From assembly GCA_949358305.1 (NCBI GenBank), contig OX442314.1, positions 19,964,001-20,028,000 on the forward strand: a stretch of 64,000 nucleotides of DNA. The letters are read 5' to 3'. This DNA comes from Strigamia acuminata. Taxonomy: Eukaryota. Below, piece after piece: positions 53,001-64,000 of this stretch. Below the pieces are notes generated by a model, which saw only the letters and a list, made by a program, of their open reading frames with translations, made no database searches and was not told where the DNA came from. Position 1 is the stretch's first letter. Every line of letters starts with the position of its first letter. A program made the translations under genes and the position numbers.

Positions 53001-55426
53001 AGGTCCCTCAATAGGGCGGAGGTAAACTACGCTCAAATCGATCGTGAGGCCCTTTCCATAATTTTTGCGGTGAAAAAGTTTCATTCCTACTTGATGGGCA
53101 GACGTTTCACTGTGTTCACCGACCATAAACCCTTGTTGGGTATATTGGGACCAGACAAGCCAATACCGGTAGTGATTAGCCCCCGAATGATGCGCTGGGC
53201 TTTAACACTAGCAGCATATGATTACACCTTATGCTACAGGAAAGGTGAAGATAATCAAAATGCTGATGTTTTGAGCAGGTTTCCAGTTGATCCGCCAGCC
53301 AGAGAGAGGGAGGAATATCCGTTATTTTTGGTGGACCTTCAAAGAGAAGATCTTTTACTGGCAAAGGATGTGGCGCAAGCAACGGAATCAGATAATGACC
53401 TGAAGGTGGTGACGGCAGCAATGAGAACGGGTGACAAATCACGTTTGCAAGAGGCCCCAGCTTTAAAATTCTTTTTGGAGAATTATGACGAATTTAGTCT
53501 GGTCCTGGGTGTCCTTCTGTGGGGGCAGAGAGTTGTAATACCGAAAGAGTTGCGTCCCCAGATGCTGAAGTTGCTGCACGAGGGCCACCCCGGCATTGTG
53601 GCGATGAAAAAGAGGGCACGGAGCGTCGTATGGTGGGTGGGAATGTCGGCGGACATTGATACTTTTGCTCAGCGGTGCGAATTATGCGCACAGAATAGGA
53701 CGACACCCCCGCGACTTACTTCAGTTTCATGGCCAAAAGCGGAAGCGCCTTGGCTCCGTGTCCACATTGACTATGCCGGCCCGATTTTGGCACACATGGT
53801 CCTGATCCTGGCAGATGCTTATTCGGGCTGGATCGAGGCCCATGCGACCAAGACCGCCACTTCCTCATCAACGATTTGGATACTTCGCCGCATATTTAGT
53901 ACTTTTGGGATTCCACATGTGGTTGTAAGTGATAATGGACCCCAGTTTGCGTCATCGGAATTTGAGCAGTTTTTGATGAAGAATGGGATTATTCACATCT
54001 TTTCACCCCCATACCATCCGGCCAGCAATGGTTTAGCAGAAAGGGCCGTGCGTTGGGTCAAGGAAAAGCTGGTCAAATTTCAAACTGGGAATATCGAGCT
54101 GAGGTTACTGCGGCTGTCCTTGTTTCAACATACGAATTTTAGAGGCAAGGGCGATAAGTCTCCGGCAATGGCCTTTATGGGGCGGCAACTTTTTACCCAT
54201 ATTGATCTGGTCAAGCCAAGGACGGTCGAATGGGAGCCCAGAGGTGCAAGTCTCGAGAGAGTTTTTGAATTGGGTCAGGCGGTTTGGTGGAAAACTTTTC
54301 CGGCGATGAAACCGCCGTGGAAGGCTGGAGTGGTCATCGAGCGTAGAGGTGATGTGGTGTACGTGGTCAAGGATGTAGAGTCGGCTAAAGAGATGGTCAG
54401 ACACATTAATCATTTGCGAAGACGAGAAGTGACAGATACGATCGGGGCAGGAATGCCACGAAATACCACAACATTCCCGACGGTAACGCCGGAAACCCAA
54501 ACCCCGCTAATTTTACCTACTATTTACAGAAGATTGGCGAAGCCAGCACCTCCACTTGCAGTTAGGCCAATAATTCCGCCGGTTGCGGATCCTCAACCAC
54601 TTGAAATTGCAGCCGTGCCACCAATGGAGGGGGCACCGTTACCTGAGTTGGTTGTGGATATTGCGGGTCTCCCAGCCCAGCCTGCAAGAGATTCGACGCT
54701 GCGATTGTCAGCGGTCGGCATGACCCCGCCTGAGATCACAGCAGCTTTGGGAGGGCGAGTGGTCAGAGTGCCGATTGATCAGCACCCGTTGACTCCGCTC
54801 AGATCGGTTGCTCGTGTCACAAGAAATTTAAACCCATTTTATCGTGAAGAGTCGTCTGGGGAGGAAGAAGTAGACGACGTCCAAGATTTAATTCCAGCTT
54901 ATCATCGGCCGCTTTCCCAGCCAAGACAGTCCAAGCAAGGAACTAGGGTGGCCGATATGATGCGGTTAGAGCCAATACTGGACGAGGCAGAGCCGATCGA
55001 TGATTTGATGCAGGCAGGAACTTCATCGACAGCGGATCCTGTAATGCAAGACTTACCAAGCAAGAATGTTACCTTGAGAAGGAAAAGTTAAAGAGACGAA
55101 ACTTTAAAAAGATTAGTTTTAATTAAAATTAGACAATATTGCAAAATTTAAAATGTATCGAACGTTACTATAGCATTTACTGTAAATATGAAGTGGGGAG
55201 GTGTTGTGTAACCTTGACTTCATATATTTAATACCAATAATGGAAAATGTCGGAAACAATGTGAATAACTAAGAATCATTTTGTACGAGGCAAATCCGTG
55301 TGTAACCTAGCAATAAAGAGAAACAGAACGATGCATTCCATGTTCGTAGCTACAGAGGGATGTTGATATACAGAGTCGGAGTCAATTATTCGTAACGAAA
55401 CCAATTTATTTGGGACATATTCTACA
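50016..55426 (+). mobile_element. Intact Ty3/Gypsy (Mag-like) LTR retrotransposon
   Basis: 225-bp LTRs 50016-50240 and 55202-55426, identical by eye; TSD ATTTA; PBS-like TGGTATCC at 50242; PPT AAGTGGGGAGG before 55202. Confidence 0.97.
50418..55091 (+). CDS. Gag-Pol polyprotein (1557 aa)
   Basis: CCHC knuckle CFRCGGPHYVRDC; protease LDTGS; RT YLDD; RNase H TDAS/EAL/TDH; integrase HHCC and D,D,E (SDNG, NGLAER); SH3-like domain then a Pro-rich tail; order PR-RT-RH-IN. Confidence 0.97.
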   Translation: MAQLMLGSLLPFAGSSLQEWISWRETFTMFVALNDVADDKQVPLLLTTVGTITYDRMKRLVAPKLLATMKVEEILEAMDTYYSSVDTPYMARQKLGAKRRLEGESVEKFIAELRVMAQRCNFATKTEVDSAIIDQVIRGTRNTTLVREILLKMPITVSEMTKLAVAHEMAHMAATGTEEPLPVLEVARASSSAVLQLASGLRRAPQRGRGSPGFFRGTQGRAQRGGAAQLSRGGPAAGGGRGLPPMKRDGTPVRCFRCGGPHYVRDCPFEYVQSGPPVTDGLGGTRTSSVWSKKNAVAREVDCQPSFPSEEKVGFTAGAAADDDWKQLRVPVNELHEEEEDFALFQLQASSLKQPPLMVQVKLNNGLFDMQLDTGSEKSVINIADFNTLLVQGLATMQQIRQIGTRLFAYQHQPIEVFGTIQLQVDIAGVRRVADFTIVGRRGPSLLGRDLVHLFGLALMLKAASQRSAMESSSDINEKQLKTIKQIEENKDNSDEVVRKLDEVLKRCMKVFDEELGTYSGEPIELVLRPDATPKFYRPRPVPFPLREAVSLEIDRLVQQGVFKPVAFSAWATPLVTVRKKDGGVRLCGDYRSTVNSSLQPDPYPLPKISDLLASIGRARIFSTLDLKQAYLQVPLSEKSAMIAAVNTIRGLMAVTRLPFGTMPSAGIFQRIMELVLAGVPRIFIYLDDILIATWSMEEHLVILELIFTKLMKKGLRLAREKCLFCKKVLNFLGFRISEEGVEPISSRIEAIVKMKAPHDVKGLRTFLGIVAFYASFVSNLATRAAPLYELLCADVVWLWNERRQKSFDGVKSALTNAPILTFYDLDRPVVVATDASPYGVGAVLAHLDDQLRELPVAYASRSLNRAEVNYAQIDREALSIIFAVKKFHSYLMGRRFTVFTDHKPLLGILGPDKPIPVVISPRMMRWALTLAAYDYTLCYRKGEDNQNADVLSRFPVDPPAREREEYPLFLVDLQREDLLLAKDVAQATESDNDLKVVTAAMRTGDKSRLQEAPALKFFLENYDEFSLVLGVLLWGQRVVIPKELRPQMLKLLHEGHPGIVAMKKRARSVVWWVGMSADIDTFAQRCELCAQNRTTPPRLTSVSWPKAEAPWLRVHIDYAGPILAHMVLILADAYSGWIEAHATKTATSSSTIWILRRIFSTFGIPHVVVSDNGPQFASSEFEQFLMKNGIIHIFSPPYHPASNGLAERAVRWVKEKLVKFQTGNIELRLLRLSLFQHTNFRGKGDKSPAMAFMGRQLFTHIDLVKPRTVEWEPRGASLERVFELGQAVWWKTFPAMKPPWKAGVVIERRGDVVYVVKDVESAKEMVRHINHLRRREVTDTIGAGMPRNTTTFPTVTPETQTPLILPTIYRRLAKPAPPLAVRPIIPPVADPQPLEIAAVPPMEGAPLPELVVDIAGLPAQPARDSTLRLSAVGMTPPEITAALGGRVVRVPIDQHPLTPLRSVARVTRNLNPFYREESSGEEEVDDVQDLIPAYHRPLSQPRQSKQGTRVADMMRLEPILDEAEPIDDLMQAGTSSTADPVMQDLPSKNVTLRRKS

Positions 55427-57766
55427 ATTTATATTTTATTCTACTGCAAATTCAGACACTTTTTAAACACTTCTGGTTGTTTAAATACTAGTTGATTTGT
55501 TTGTCACATAATTCTATTGAATTATGTACAAACTTCACACCTGGTGAAATCACCCTTCATCACCCACTGTGAGTTAGACTCCTTTCGGATTATAGCCACA
55601 AGGACTTAATCCAAAGTGTGTCCTGCGTATCCAGTTCCTGTAGTGGACCTAGTAGAAGACTATGTCCTGAGTATCCACTTCCTATGACCTAGGATTGGAT
55701 GGATTTAGTTGCCCCGTCATCCCATTGGATCACTGAACAACCATTCTCCTCGCCGAGTATATATTCCCTTGCAAAACGGATATAGCTCGCTCTTGTTCTT
55801 GTTTTTGTTCTGATACTGATATTTACTTGAGCACATATTATACTTCCCTTCGTTCCGACAATCCGTTGAAGAAATACTTGATATTTAGTGTAAGTATCTA
55901 GAGTGGGTAGAAGACTCACAGACACACTACCCGCCTCTTCATGCCAACATCCCGTTGTAGAAATGTAGTAACTAGAGTGAGTAATTCACAGACACATTTA
56001 AGTGTAGTATCTAGAGTGGGGTACAACCCACAGACGCACTCCCTCCAGCTTCATGCCAACATTCCGTTGTAGAATGCAGAATCTAGAGTGGAGTAAAATT
56101 CACAGACGCATTGGTAATGTAGTATCTAGAGTGGAGTATTTATTATTTCACAGACGCATTATCAGAGTAATCGACGTGGAGTAATTTCCCGGTTACTCTC
56201 CCGCCAGCCAGAACCGAGTGGAGTAATTTCCCGGTTACTCTCCCGCCAGCCAGAACCGAGTGGAGTAATTTCCCGGCAATGGATAACCTTTCCTGCGAGA
56301 AACTCCGGATTCAATTCGTTGTTGGACGATGGAACATTTGAGCAAGTCTTAAATGTTGATTGCACTCGGGGCAAAAATAGCTCGGCGCTATTTTAATTTA
56401 TATTTTACTTTTACAGTTATTTATTCAGCTTTGCTAATATAATATCATGCTAAATTCTATTTAATTTACATGAATACTTATTCAAACTATTTCGTCATAA
56501 TTTAAACCGCGCTTTGTAATTATTATTCGCATAATAATTACAAGTGTGATGATTGCGGAAAAGTCAACCGCACCTCTCGGATATAACACACCCAAGCCTA
56601 ACCATTACACACTTTTCAGAACCAACCCAGGAATCATATATACCCATAATAAGACAACATCTTTTACGTCCCGACAACAAGACCGATATACATTCTTGTT
56701 GTCAGACTGAAAACCGCAAGTGATATTATTTCAGGGCTTTTGTCAACCGATTGTATAGTTTAACGATAAGTTACTTTAGCCATTTGTAGGCATAGTTCTT
56801 ATATAGATTCCATTCGAAATAAACTGTCATATGATTTGAGAAATCACAAGCCTCCGTATTTTACACTTTTCACACGAGTTCCCGCTTTAATTCACTAGCA
56901 ATTGTATCTCGTAAAGTCAATCGTCACAACATTGTTACATCTCGCTGTAATTATTATTTACAATAATTACTAGCGATGCGATGTGTGACGATGCGGAAAA
57001 GTCAACCGCACCTCTCGGATATAATCCACCCAAGCCTAACCATTACACACCCTTTTAGATCCAACCCAGAACCAGTCAGATGCTAGAACCATTCGAACCC
57101 ATTTTAGACGACATCTTTTACGTCACAGTAATAAGAACTCTAATATTCTTATTACTAGACTGAAGCCATCAAGTGATATTATTTTAGGGCTTTTGCCAAC
57201 CAATTGTATATTTTAACGTGAAGTTATTTTACCCATTTGTAGGCCTAGTATTTATATAAGTTCCAATTCGTAATAAATTGTTATATGTTTTGAGAAAACA
57301 TTAAATCTGCATATTTTACACTTTTCACACTAGTTCACACTTTAATTATTTGGCAATTGTATCTCGAGAAGTCTAATCGTCTAATTATTTGGCAATTGTA
57401 TCTCGAGAAGTCTAATCGTCACAAGTTTGAACGATCGATCAAGAATGAGTCTGATCCCAAAGTCGGAGTGTTGGCTAATGCTGGCACTGGAGGCCAGGGT
57501 GTAAGAATCAAATTTTGCAAATGGTTCCATTTTACAACTACTTCGCATGATTGTAAACACTTTCAGACCTCTTGTAATGAATGAGCAGATGGAGTAATTG
57601 TGTCATTTTGTATCAATTAGATACTGAATTCGGAATCAAATTTGTATTCTCCAACATATTCGAATTTAAAACCTTTAAACCACATGAAAATAATTTTTTG
57701 TGTCTCCAACCAACAATAAATAAAAAACACTGTAAACCAAACTAACACAATTTCATAACAACAAAC

Positions 57767-60700
57767 TTATTTAACATCACTCTCTCTCTCTGTAGGTTCT
57801 AAATCTTCTACAGGAGATTGATCAGAGCGCTCTAAACTTAAATTGTCCATATCTTCTACAGGAGATCCATCGGAAGGTCTGGGACTCAAATTTTCGATAT
57901 CCTCCACAGGGGATCCATCGGAACGCCCTGAACTTAAATTGTCAATATCTTCTTCCAGTAGCTCAGCTTCATCAGATGAAGCATAGGATATCTTTCTCTC
58001 GTCATCTGTTCTTGTCGCTGAAACTCTTGGTTCAGTTGAATTCTCTTCACCTTTTGTAAATAAATTACGTCCTTGATCTTGTAATGTCAATTCACTCATT
58101 AACGAGCCAATGGTTTTCGTTTGCGAAGATTGTGAACCAACTTCTGGCATCTCAATGGTTAAATCTTGTTTTCCAATCAACAAATAAACATTTACATCAC
58201 CTATGAACTGGAACGAGTAAAAACTAAATTTTAACAAAAGGTCACTTCGGTTTCTATACTCTGAACCAACCTTGACAGTCACTTCTTCCTTAAAAATCAT
58301 AAAATAAGTTCCAACTTTGTCTAACAACCTAGCTGTCGATTCTGAAATTTGTATGGCATTGGCTAAACCAATATACAATTAATCACGGTTTAAATTAAAT
58401 TCCAATAACTAATTTACCCGTTCCATGCGATTCCATAAATTGAGCAATTATAACATCTTCCCCAAAAATGCAATAACGTGGCATTTTTATGCCAACAACC
58501 GCAGCAACACAAGATCCTGAATTGAAGTCACATATAATTCAATAAAACTTGCTCACGGTACGTATGTACGGTAACTTTGTGTATTTACCAGTATGAATTC
58601 CAATTCTAATCTTTAATCTTTCTTCTGGCAAGTGCCTAACTGGGAAATTACTAAGTGTTGCTACAAAATGCAATGACATAGTAGCAATTTGCTCATAATG
58701 GTCCTTCACGGGAGTCGGAACGCCACTTGCAACACAGTCTTAAAATTTTAAAACAGATTTTAAGAGTAGTAAATTTTATAAAATAGAATTTTTCTAAGCG
58801 TACAAATAAATGCTGAAAACTTACACGCATCTCCAATTGTCTCCAGTTTGTAGACGTCAAACGATTCAATAATAGTGTCAAAAGCAGTGTATAAATCATT
58901 CAGCAGTTCAACAACTTCAATTGGTTGACTTCTATTAGCAATATTAGTGAATCCCACTATGTCGCTGAAAACAAATCAAATAATGACTGATTAAGTTGCT
59001 CATTCAAAATTACCGGTATGGTTTAAAAATATATTTTTCAATATATTGCTTTTCACTTATTGCATTCCAAAATGCATAGCATTTAGCGGAATTATGTATA
59101 CTATTTGCACAATATTGCTCACATTGGCTTTGGCTATCATAGCAAGAACATTTTATGTTAGCAAGATAGTAAATTAAATAACGCATTTTATAATACAATT
59201 GAAAAAATGCATTTGTAAATGCATTTCTATGACAAATAATAATACTGCGAATGCATTTCGTAATGCATGCAAGAATGTAGTTCATAATGCATGCAAAAAT
59301 GTATAACAATATGCATTCTCGTAAAACTCAATGCTTTTAAAAATAGCGTTCATTGCAATACATCGCAATACAATTTTCAATAGGTGCATTCAATAAGTCT
59401 AAAACGTATGCAAAACTCGTTTCGTGTTTGCACGTGACGTCATTCCCATTGAATAACATGTTATTCAATGGGAATGGGAATGAAGTCACGTGCAAACACG
59501 AAACGAGTTTTGCATACGTTTTAGACTTATTGAATGCACCTAATGTATTTTTTAACCATATGGGAACTTTCAGCACCTGAATAAAATAGTAACATTGTGA
59601 AAATATTCAGGATGCACCTCAAGGTGACGTGTCATTTGCGTAGCAATAAAGGGAGGTAGTAAACGTTTAATTAAATTCTCAGTTTTGTTTTTTTCTATTT
59701 GCACTTCTTCAACTTTTTCATTAAAAATGTCTTGCAAATGATTAGTATACTTTTCCAACTATAAATAAAATAAAAACATATTGTGAGTAACTGCGAGTAA
59801 CTTGAAAAAAAATCAACAGTAGTACACGTTGAACAAAGTTCTTATTTTAAAATTCACCATAAAAATCAAATTTTGAACTAGTTCTCCCTTCAGTGGATGA
59901 ATTTTACCAATCGTGGAGATAATCTCTTTGAAGTGTGGCCGATTCAATGGATCTTCTGCAGTTGTGCTCAAAACAAGCTAATCATTATGCACAAATTAAG
60001 ATAATTTGTCTCGAATACTATTTTTAATTATTGTTACATCTTCAATTCCCCTTTTCTCAGAGAAGATTTCAGGCATATTAGATTGCGTCAATGCCGGTCG
60101 AATGGGCTTAGACGTATCATAATCATGCATTTCAAGAAGCTAAATGAAAATATCACTTCTGTAAATTACAATTAATTTAATCGAGAACAAAATATCTAAT
60201 GATCACCTTTTTAATGCCCATAGTTCCAGGGTCAGTAAAATTTTTAAGAACCCTGATCAACTCTTCAATGGACAAAATTTGCAATTCATAATCAAACGGG
60301 TTTTCACAATTGCAAACTTCCGTTAGAATAATGCCAAAAGAATAAACGTCTCCTGCCTTTGTTCCAATTCCTAGTTCGTTAGCAGTCATGGATACACGAA
60401 GTAATTCAGGCGCAGTCCACAACATGGATCTTTCAATAGAAAAAAAATGCCAGGTAACTCAATCCTTTTAACCAATCCAAGCATAATAAGTAATTGTTTC
60501 ATATAATTATTAATTTTGGTGCGACGTCGCTAAATACGGACGGGCGATGAACCACTTTGAAGTCATCCTTGAAATAACTCACCGATATATCAATTCCAAT
60601 TGTTCCACAGAGTACATTTTTCGTCTGAGCGTAGGCACACCAAAACCTAACCATTTACTATTTTTAATTTTTAATTTATGAATATTATGTTATGTTATAA

Positions 60701-61623
60701 CAACAGGCAATACCAGACACTTTACATGTCCATCGATTATCAATCAGACAATTTTTAGCCTTCAAATTGCCGTGTGATCCAATGTTCGAATTGTGTAAAA
60801 ATTCCATACCGCATGCAATATCTCTCAAAATTGAAAATTTGAAACTCCATGAGATATTATATCGAGACATCTGCAAGATGTCAGCTAAACTCCCCTGAAA
60901 AAAGTAAATAAATCAACACAAACCAGATCTCAGGTGCAGTCAATAATAAAAGTCAACAAAGAATAAAGTTTCTTCGCAATTACATACACAGTATACTCTG
61001 TGTGGTCCAAACAAAGTGTCGACCAGACAGCTCTAAAATCTTTCTTTATCAACTGTGCACGGCCATCATCAAACTTACACAAAGTTGGTGTTTTGGTGAC
61101 ATCACTGGTTCCTTAAACCCACACAACCAAATTCATCAAAGTTCGACTCCAATTTAAAATGACAACTGGGAAGAAACAATTCGATACCACAGTTGGCATT
61201 GTGTAAATTCTTTATTACTCTGAAAACTAGACATAAGATGTGTCCAGAGTAGAGAGCACATACAACTAATCTCACTGGACATTCTCCGAGTAAAATTCAT
61301 TACTGACAAAATAATGGAAAGCCCATCTGGATCCCTATGTGATGGGATGGGACACTTAAGCATGTGCCTAATGTGGCCAACGGATAATCCACCAGTCACC
61401 ACTGACCACACAAAGTACACAGTATTATATCTGTATAATTATAAGGTCAAGGTGTACTAAAAATACTTACTTTCGGCACAACTTCCAAAAGAAGGCAAAC
61501 ATTAGGAGATGTAAGACACACCCCAAACAATCTTACTAAGTTAGGATGTCTTATTTTATATAAGTAATTTATTTCTGCTCGAAGCGATAAATCATTGATA
61601 TTGAAAGAATCTACACCAAATTC
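57767..61623 (-). CDS. Receptor guanylyl cyclase-like gene, copy C (intracellular exons only; the rest is presumably beyond the window)
   Basis: Kinase-homology, coiled-coil, cyclase and tail exons nearly identical to copy B; ends ESDVK*. Confidence 0.85.
59382..59541. mobile_element. 160-bp hairpin MITE (3-bp TSD AAT, PIF/Harbinger-like)
   Basis: AGGTGCATTCAATAAG...CTTATTGAATGCACCT near-perfect palindrome; empty site in copy B at ~35039. Confidence 0.9.
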
Positions 61624-61663
61624 CTGCAAATGCAACAAACAAGCACAGTTGTAAAATACAATT

Positions 61664-62042
61664 CCGTACCGTCCCGTTTAATTTTTTTGAGCCCCTTCCC
61701 CGCCCCAATTTGAAGCCCGGCGTTTAAACGAACCCGGCGCTTACCAAAAAAGTATAAAATTAATGTTTTTTAAAAGAAATTTTTATTTTGTACACTCATC
61801 TTACAACACGAATGATATTTTTTATCTTACCAGAGGAAATGAAGCAAATGAAAAATGAAGGCGTCTTATATACCGACCGAACGTGTGCGACCGTTATCTG
61901 GACGTTAGGTTTACTCGGCGTCAATTTTAAACCCGGCGTTTATACAAGCCGGGCGCATATTGAATTTTGGGTCGCTAACTACCCAGCGCTAAAACGAAGC
62001 CGGCGCCTTAATGAATCCCTGTAATTAAACGGGGCGGTACGG
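61664..62042. mobile_element. Tc1/mariner(pogo)-type MITE, same family as 7812-8308
   Basis: ccgtaccgtcccgttta ... taaacggggcggtacgg|TA; empty site in copy A at ~18176. Confidence 0.85.
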
Positions 62043-62165
62043 TATTCAAACAAAGATACAGATTGTGGAAATTAAACAATAAGGTCTTTATATCTACATT
62101 GTTTGTGTAGTTTAAATGCATTATTGAATAATATCCTAGCAATATCGATTAATATCACCTCATTT

Positions 62166-62567
62166 TCCATGTTTACACATGTACTCGCTTAAAAGTGAAA
62201 ATGCGAATATTACTTTTGTGGAAAACTGCATGCGTTTACAAAGACTCAGTTTTCTAATTAAATGTGACGTCATATGACGTATTAAACTCTGTTAAACTTG
62301 CGCATTAATCATCCACAATGCACTGCGCAGAAACAACATGTCACAGCATGTCAGCTTTTCTAGATACAAGTAAGTAATGAGTGGATGTTTACATTGCAAA
62401 TGGCAATGCTCAAAACACCAAAAATCTATCTCAAACAAGTGGATTTTAGTTTTCCAGATATGTTTGACTTTTCTGGAAATCTGATTTGTTTACATGATCA
62501 GTTTGCCAGAGAAGTAAATTTAACATTTTCACTTATCTGGATAAGTGAGTACATGTAAACATGGTAA
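62166..62567. mobile_element. Degenerate MITE
   Basis: Inverted ends ttccatgtttacacatgtactcgctta / taagtgagtacatgtaaacatggt; missing from the related segment at ~38362. Confidence 0.55.
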
Positions 62568-63149
62568 TTGTTATAATATCAAATAACGAATCCTTCTACT
62601 TTGCACTTGTACTATTCCTTAAAATTATTCAGCCTGAAATAAACTCTTAGTTGCTTCATCTTCACAAGTCTCTCAAAAAATGGATACTAAGGGAAAAATT
62701 AAGAAGGAACTGATTGACTTGTTGATTGTTGAAAATTTGGCAAAAATTTCAAACCCACCACCACCCACAACATTCTGATAATGTTTGGCCAACTTGACCA
62801 AACAACTAGTTGCTGCCCAGCTGAACAGTTCAAATCCTATTCAAATCCATTCCATGATGGATACAGCAAAAGCAATTCAAAGAGATTGGCAAAGAGACTG
62901 GCAAACTGGACGCCACCTCTCACAATGTGGAATGCTGCAACTCAAATTAGAGGTCAGGCACAAAACATGTGGAAAAACAATTGCAACATGGAACCTATGG
63001 AAAAATGAAATTTGCGACCGTTTTAATTTTAAACATCGAATGCAACTGCAATACTTTTTCATTTCTCAAGCTGCACGCCGGCATTCACCGTCCACAACAA
63101 TTACATCGCACATTTATGACAAAAATGCAATGATAGAAAAGGCGCCGTA

Positions 63150-63700
63150 CAAACTCTCGACCGATGAGCGCATTTCTCTCATTCTTGCAGTCATTATATC
63201 AGATGTTTGGGCAAACCCTCTCACTGCTCACTCCTATTTGTCAATCAGTGAGTTGACAGATAAGGCACAAACTTTAGACTATGGTCAAAAGCTAAGCACT
63301 ACAGATGGAAAAGATGCACATACCGGTGTGAGAATGAATATGACAACCTTGTTATATGGCTGTCCAAACTATACTGAGAAGGTGCCGTCCATCATGAAGG
63401 ATGTCGCATTTACCGCAGCGTTCAATAATTTCTGGCCGGCAAAAACCATAATCTCAACTTCATCCACGGCAACAATCCTCTCACAGAAAAAGACATCCCT
63501 TTCAATGGTTCTCCTGTATGGCATCGTTGCCAACAGATGCGCCAATTCGGCTGCACTATCTGGTAATGTGGAAAACGCTAGTCTACGCCGCTTACTCATT
63601 CCGGGCTCTAGACCACGGTAAGTGACGGTTGCATCAACTTCTTCTGCCAGAGCAACATCAACGATATTCTTTAGCCCTCCGTTTGACTGCAACAGCCACC
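63150..63700 (-). mobile_element. Degenerate Mutator-like (MULE) transposase remnant
   Basis: Reads KRRRLAFSTLPDS...IMVFAGQKLLNAAVNATSFMMDGTFSV, matching the MULE 'DGTF' first-Asp context, then several stops. Confidence 0.65.
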
Positions 63701-64000
63701 CGATTCTCGTTGTTGATCCTTTTGGTACAGTAATCCATCAATCAAAAATAGTCTGGAACCCTTACGGAATCCCTCAACTTGTATCGTTGATTGAATGATC
63801 GAATGAATACACTTTCGTCCTTACCGTAGTACCTCACATAAATACGGATGACTAAGATAAGTTGGAAAGTACCAATTTGAGGATGCTCTACAACTTTGTA
63901 ATTGGAAATTTTGCTATAACCTGATTGGTTTAGAAGCTAGCAAGTAAATGACCTTGAAAATGGCCTTCAAGGTCAAATTTGAAGCCATCATTGGATTTGT

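Larger units (their letters stand above)
49885..56928 (+). mobile_element. Second, diverged family-E element nested in the first
   Basis: TGTGACG...CGTCACA termini; 4-bp TSD ACAT (49881-84 / 56929-32); empty site visible in the 44214 copy (~45328). Confidence 0.85.
48901..57423 (+). mobile_element. Outer family-E element (probable solo LTR; own sequence 48901-49884 plus 56933-57423)
   Basis: TGTGACG...CGTCACA termini; 4-bp TSD AGTT; empty site ttaagtttgaacg in unit A at ~33097; TATA-like and AATAAA motifs at ~57250-57278; 39-bp terminal tandem duplication 57343-57420. Confidence 0.8.

Noticed and set aside
55880..56290. CRISPR-like repeat-spacer array
   Set aside because: Eukaryotic context, degenerate repeats, irregular and partly duplicated spacers, no cas genes.
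59337..59580. Mirror ORFs on both strands
   Set aside because: A consequence of the palindromic MITE.

Overview
AT-rich animal (invertebrate, probably arthropod-like) genomic DNA with short spliceosomal introns. (1) 1-5.1 kb: two tandem ~2.96-kb units of a neuroglian/L1CAM-like ectodomain segment (Ig5-Ig6-FN3x5). Unit 1 has a premature TAG. The units differ mostly at non-synonymous sites while the introns compared are nearly identical. (2) 5.3-9.9 kb: a dense cluster of MITEs of several superfamilies. (3) 10.2-10.9 kb: a 3-exon orphan gene for a ~183-aa secreted protein. (4) 11.9-64 kb, minus strand: a head-to-tail array of receptor-type guanylyl cyclase (rGC) genes, made of a collapsed relic, complete copies A (14180-32787) and B (33464-48585), and partial copy C (from 57767). 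Exon reconstruction by eye gives an unusual architecture: signal peptide, Ig-like beta-sandwich repeats, ANF-receptor-type domain, furin site, 3 EGF-like repeats, TM, kinase-homology domain, cyclase, acidic repeat tail. In all three copies the cyclase keeps both metal-binding Asp but has lost the catalytic Asn and Arg ([13 protein letters not shown]). Introns and the intergenic spacer carry a decayed Copia element, many MITEs, a MULE remnant and a three-level LTR nest whose innermost member is an intact, very young Ty3/Gypsy (Mag-like) element. All gene models are manual and unvalidated; no searches were run.
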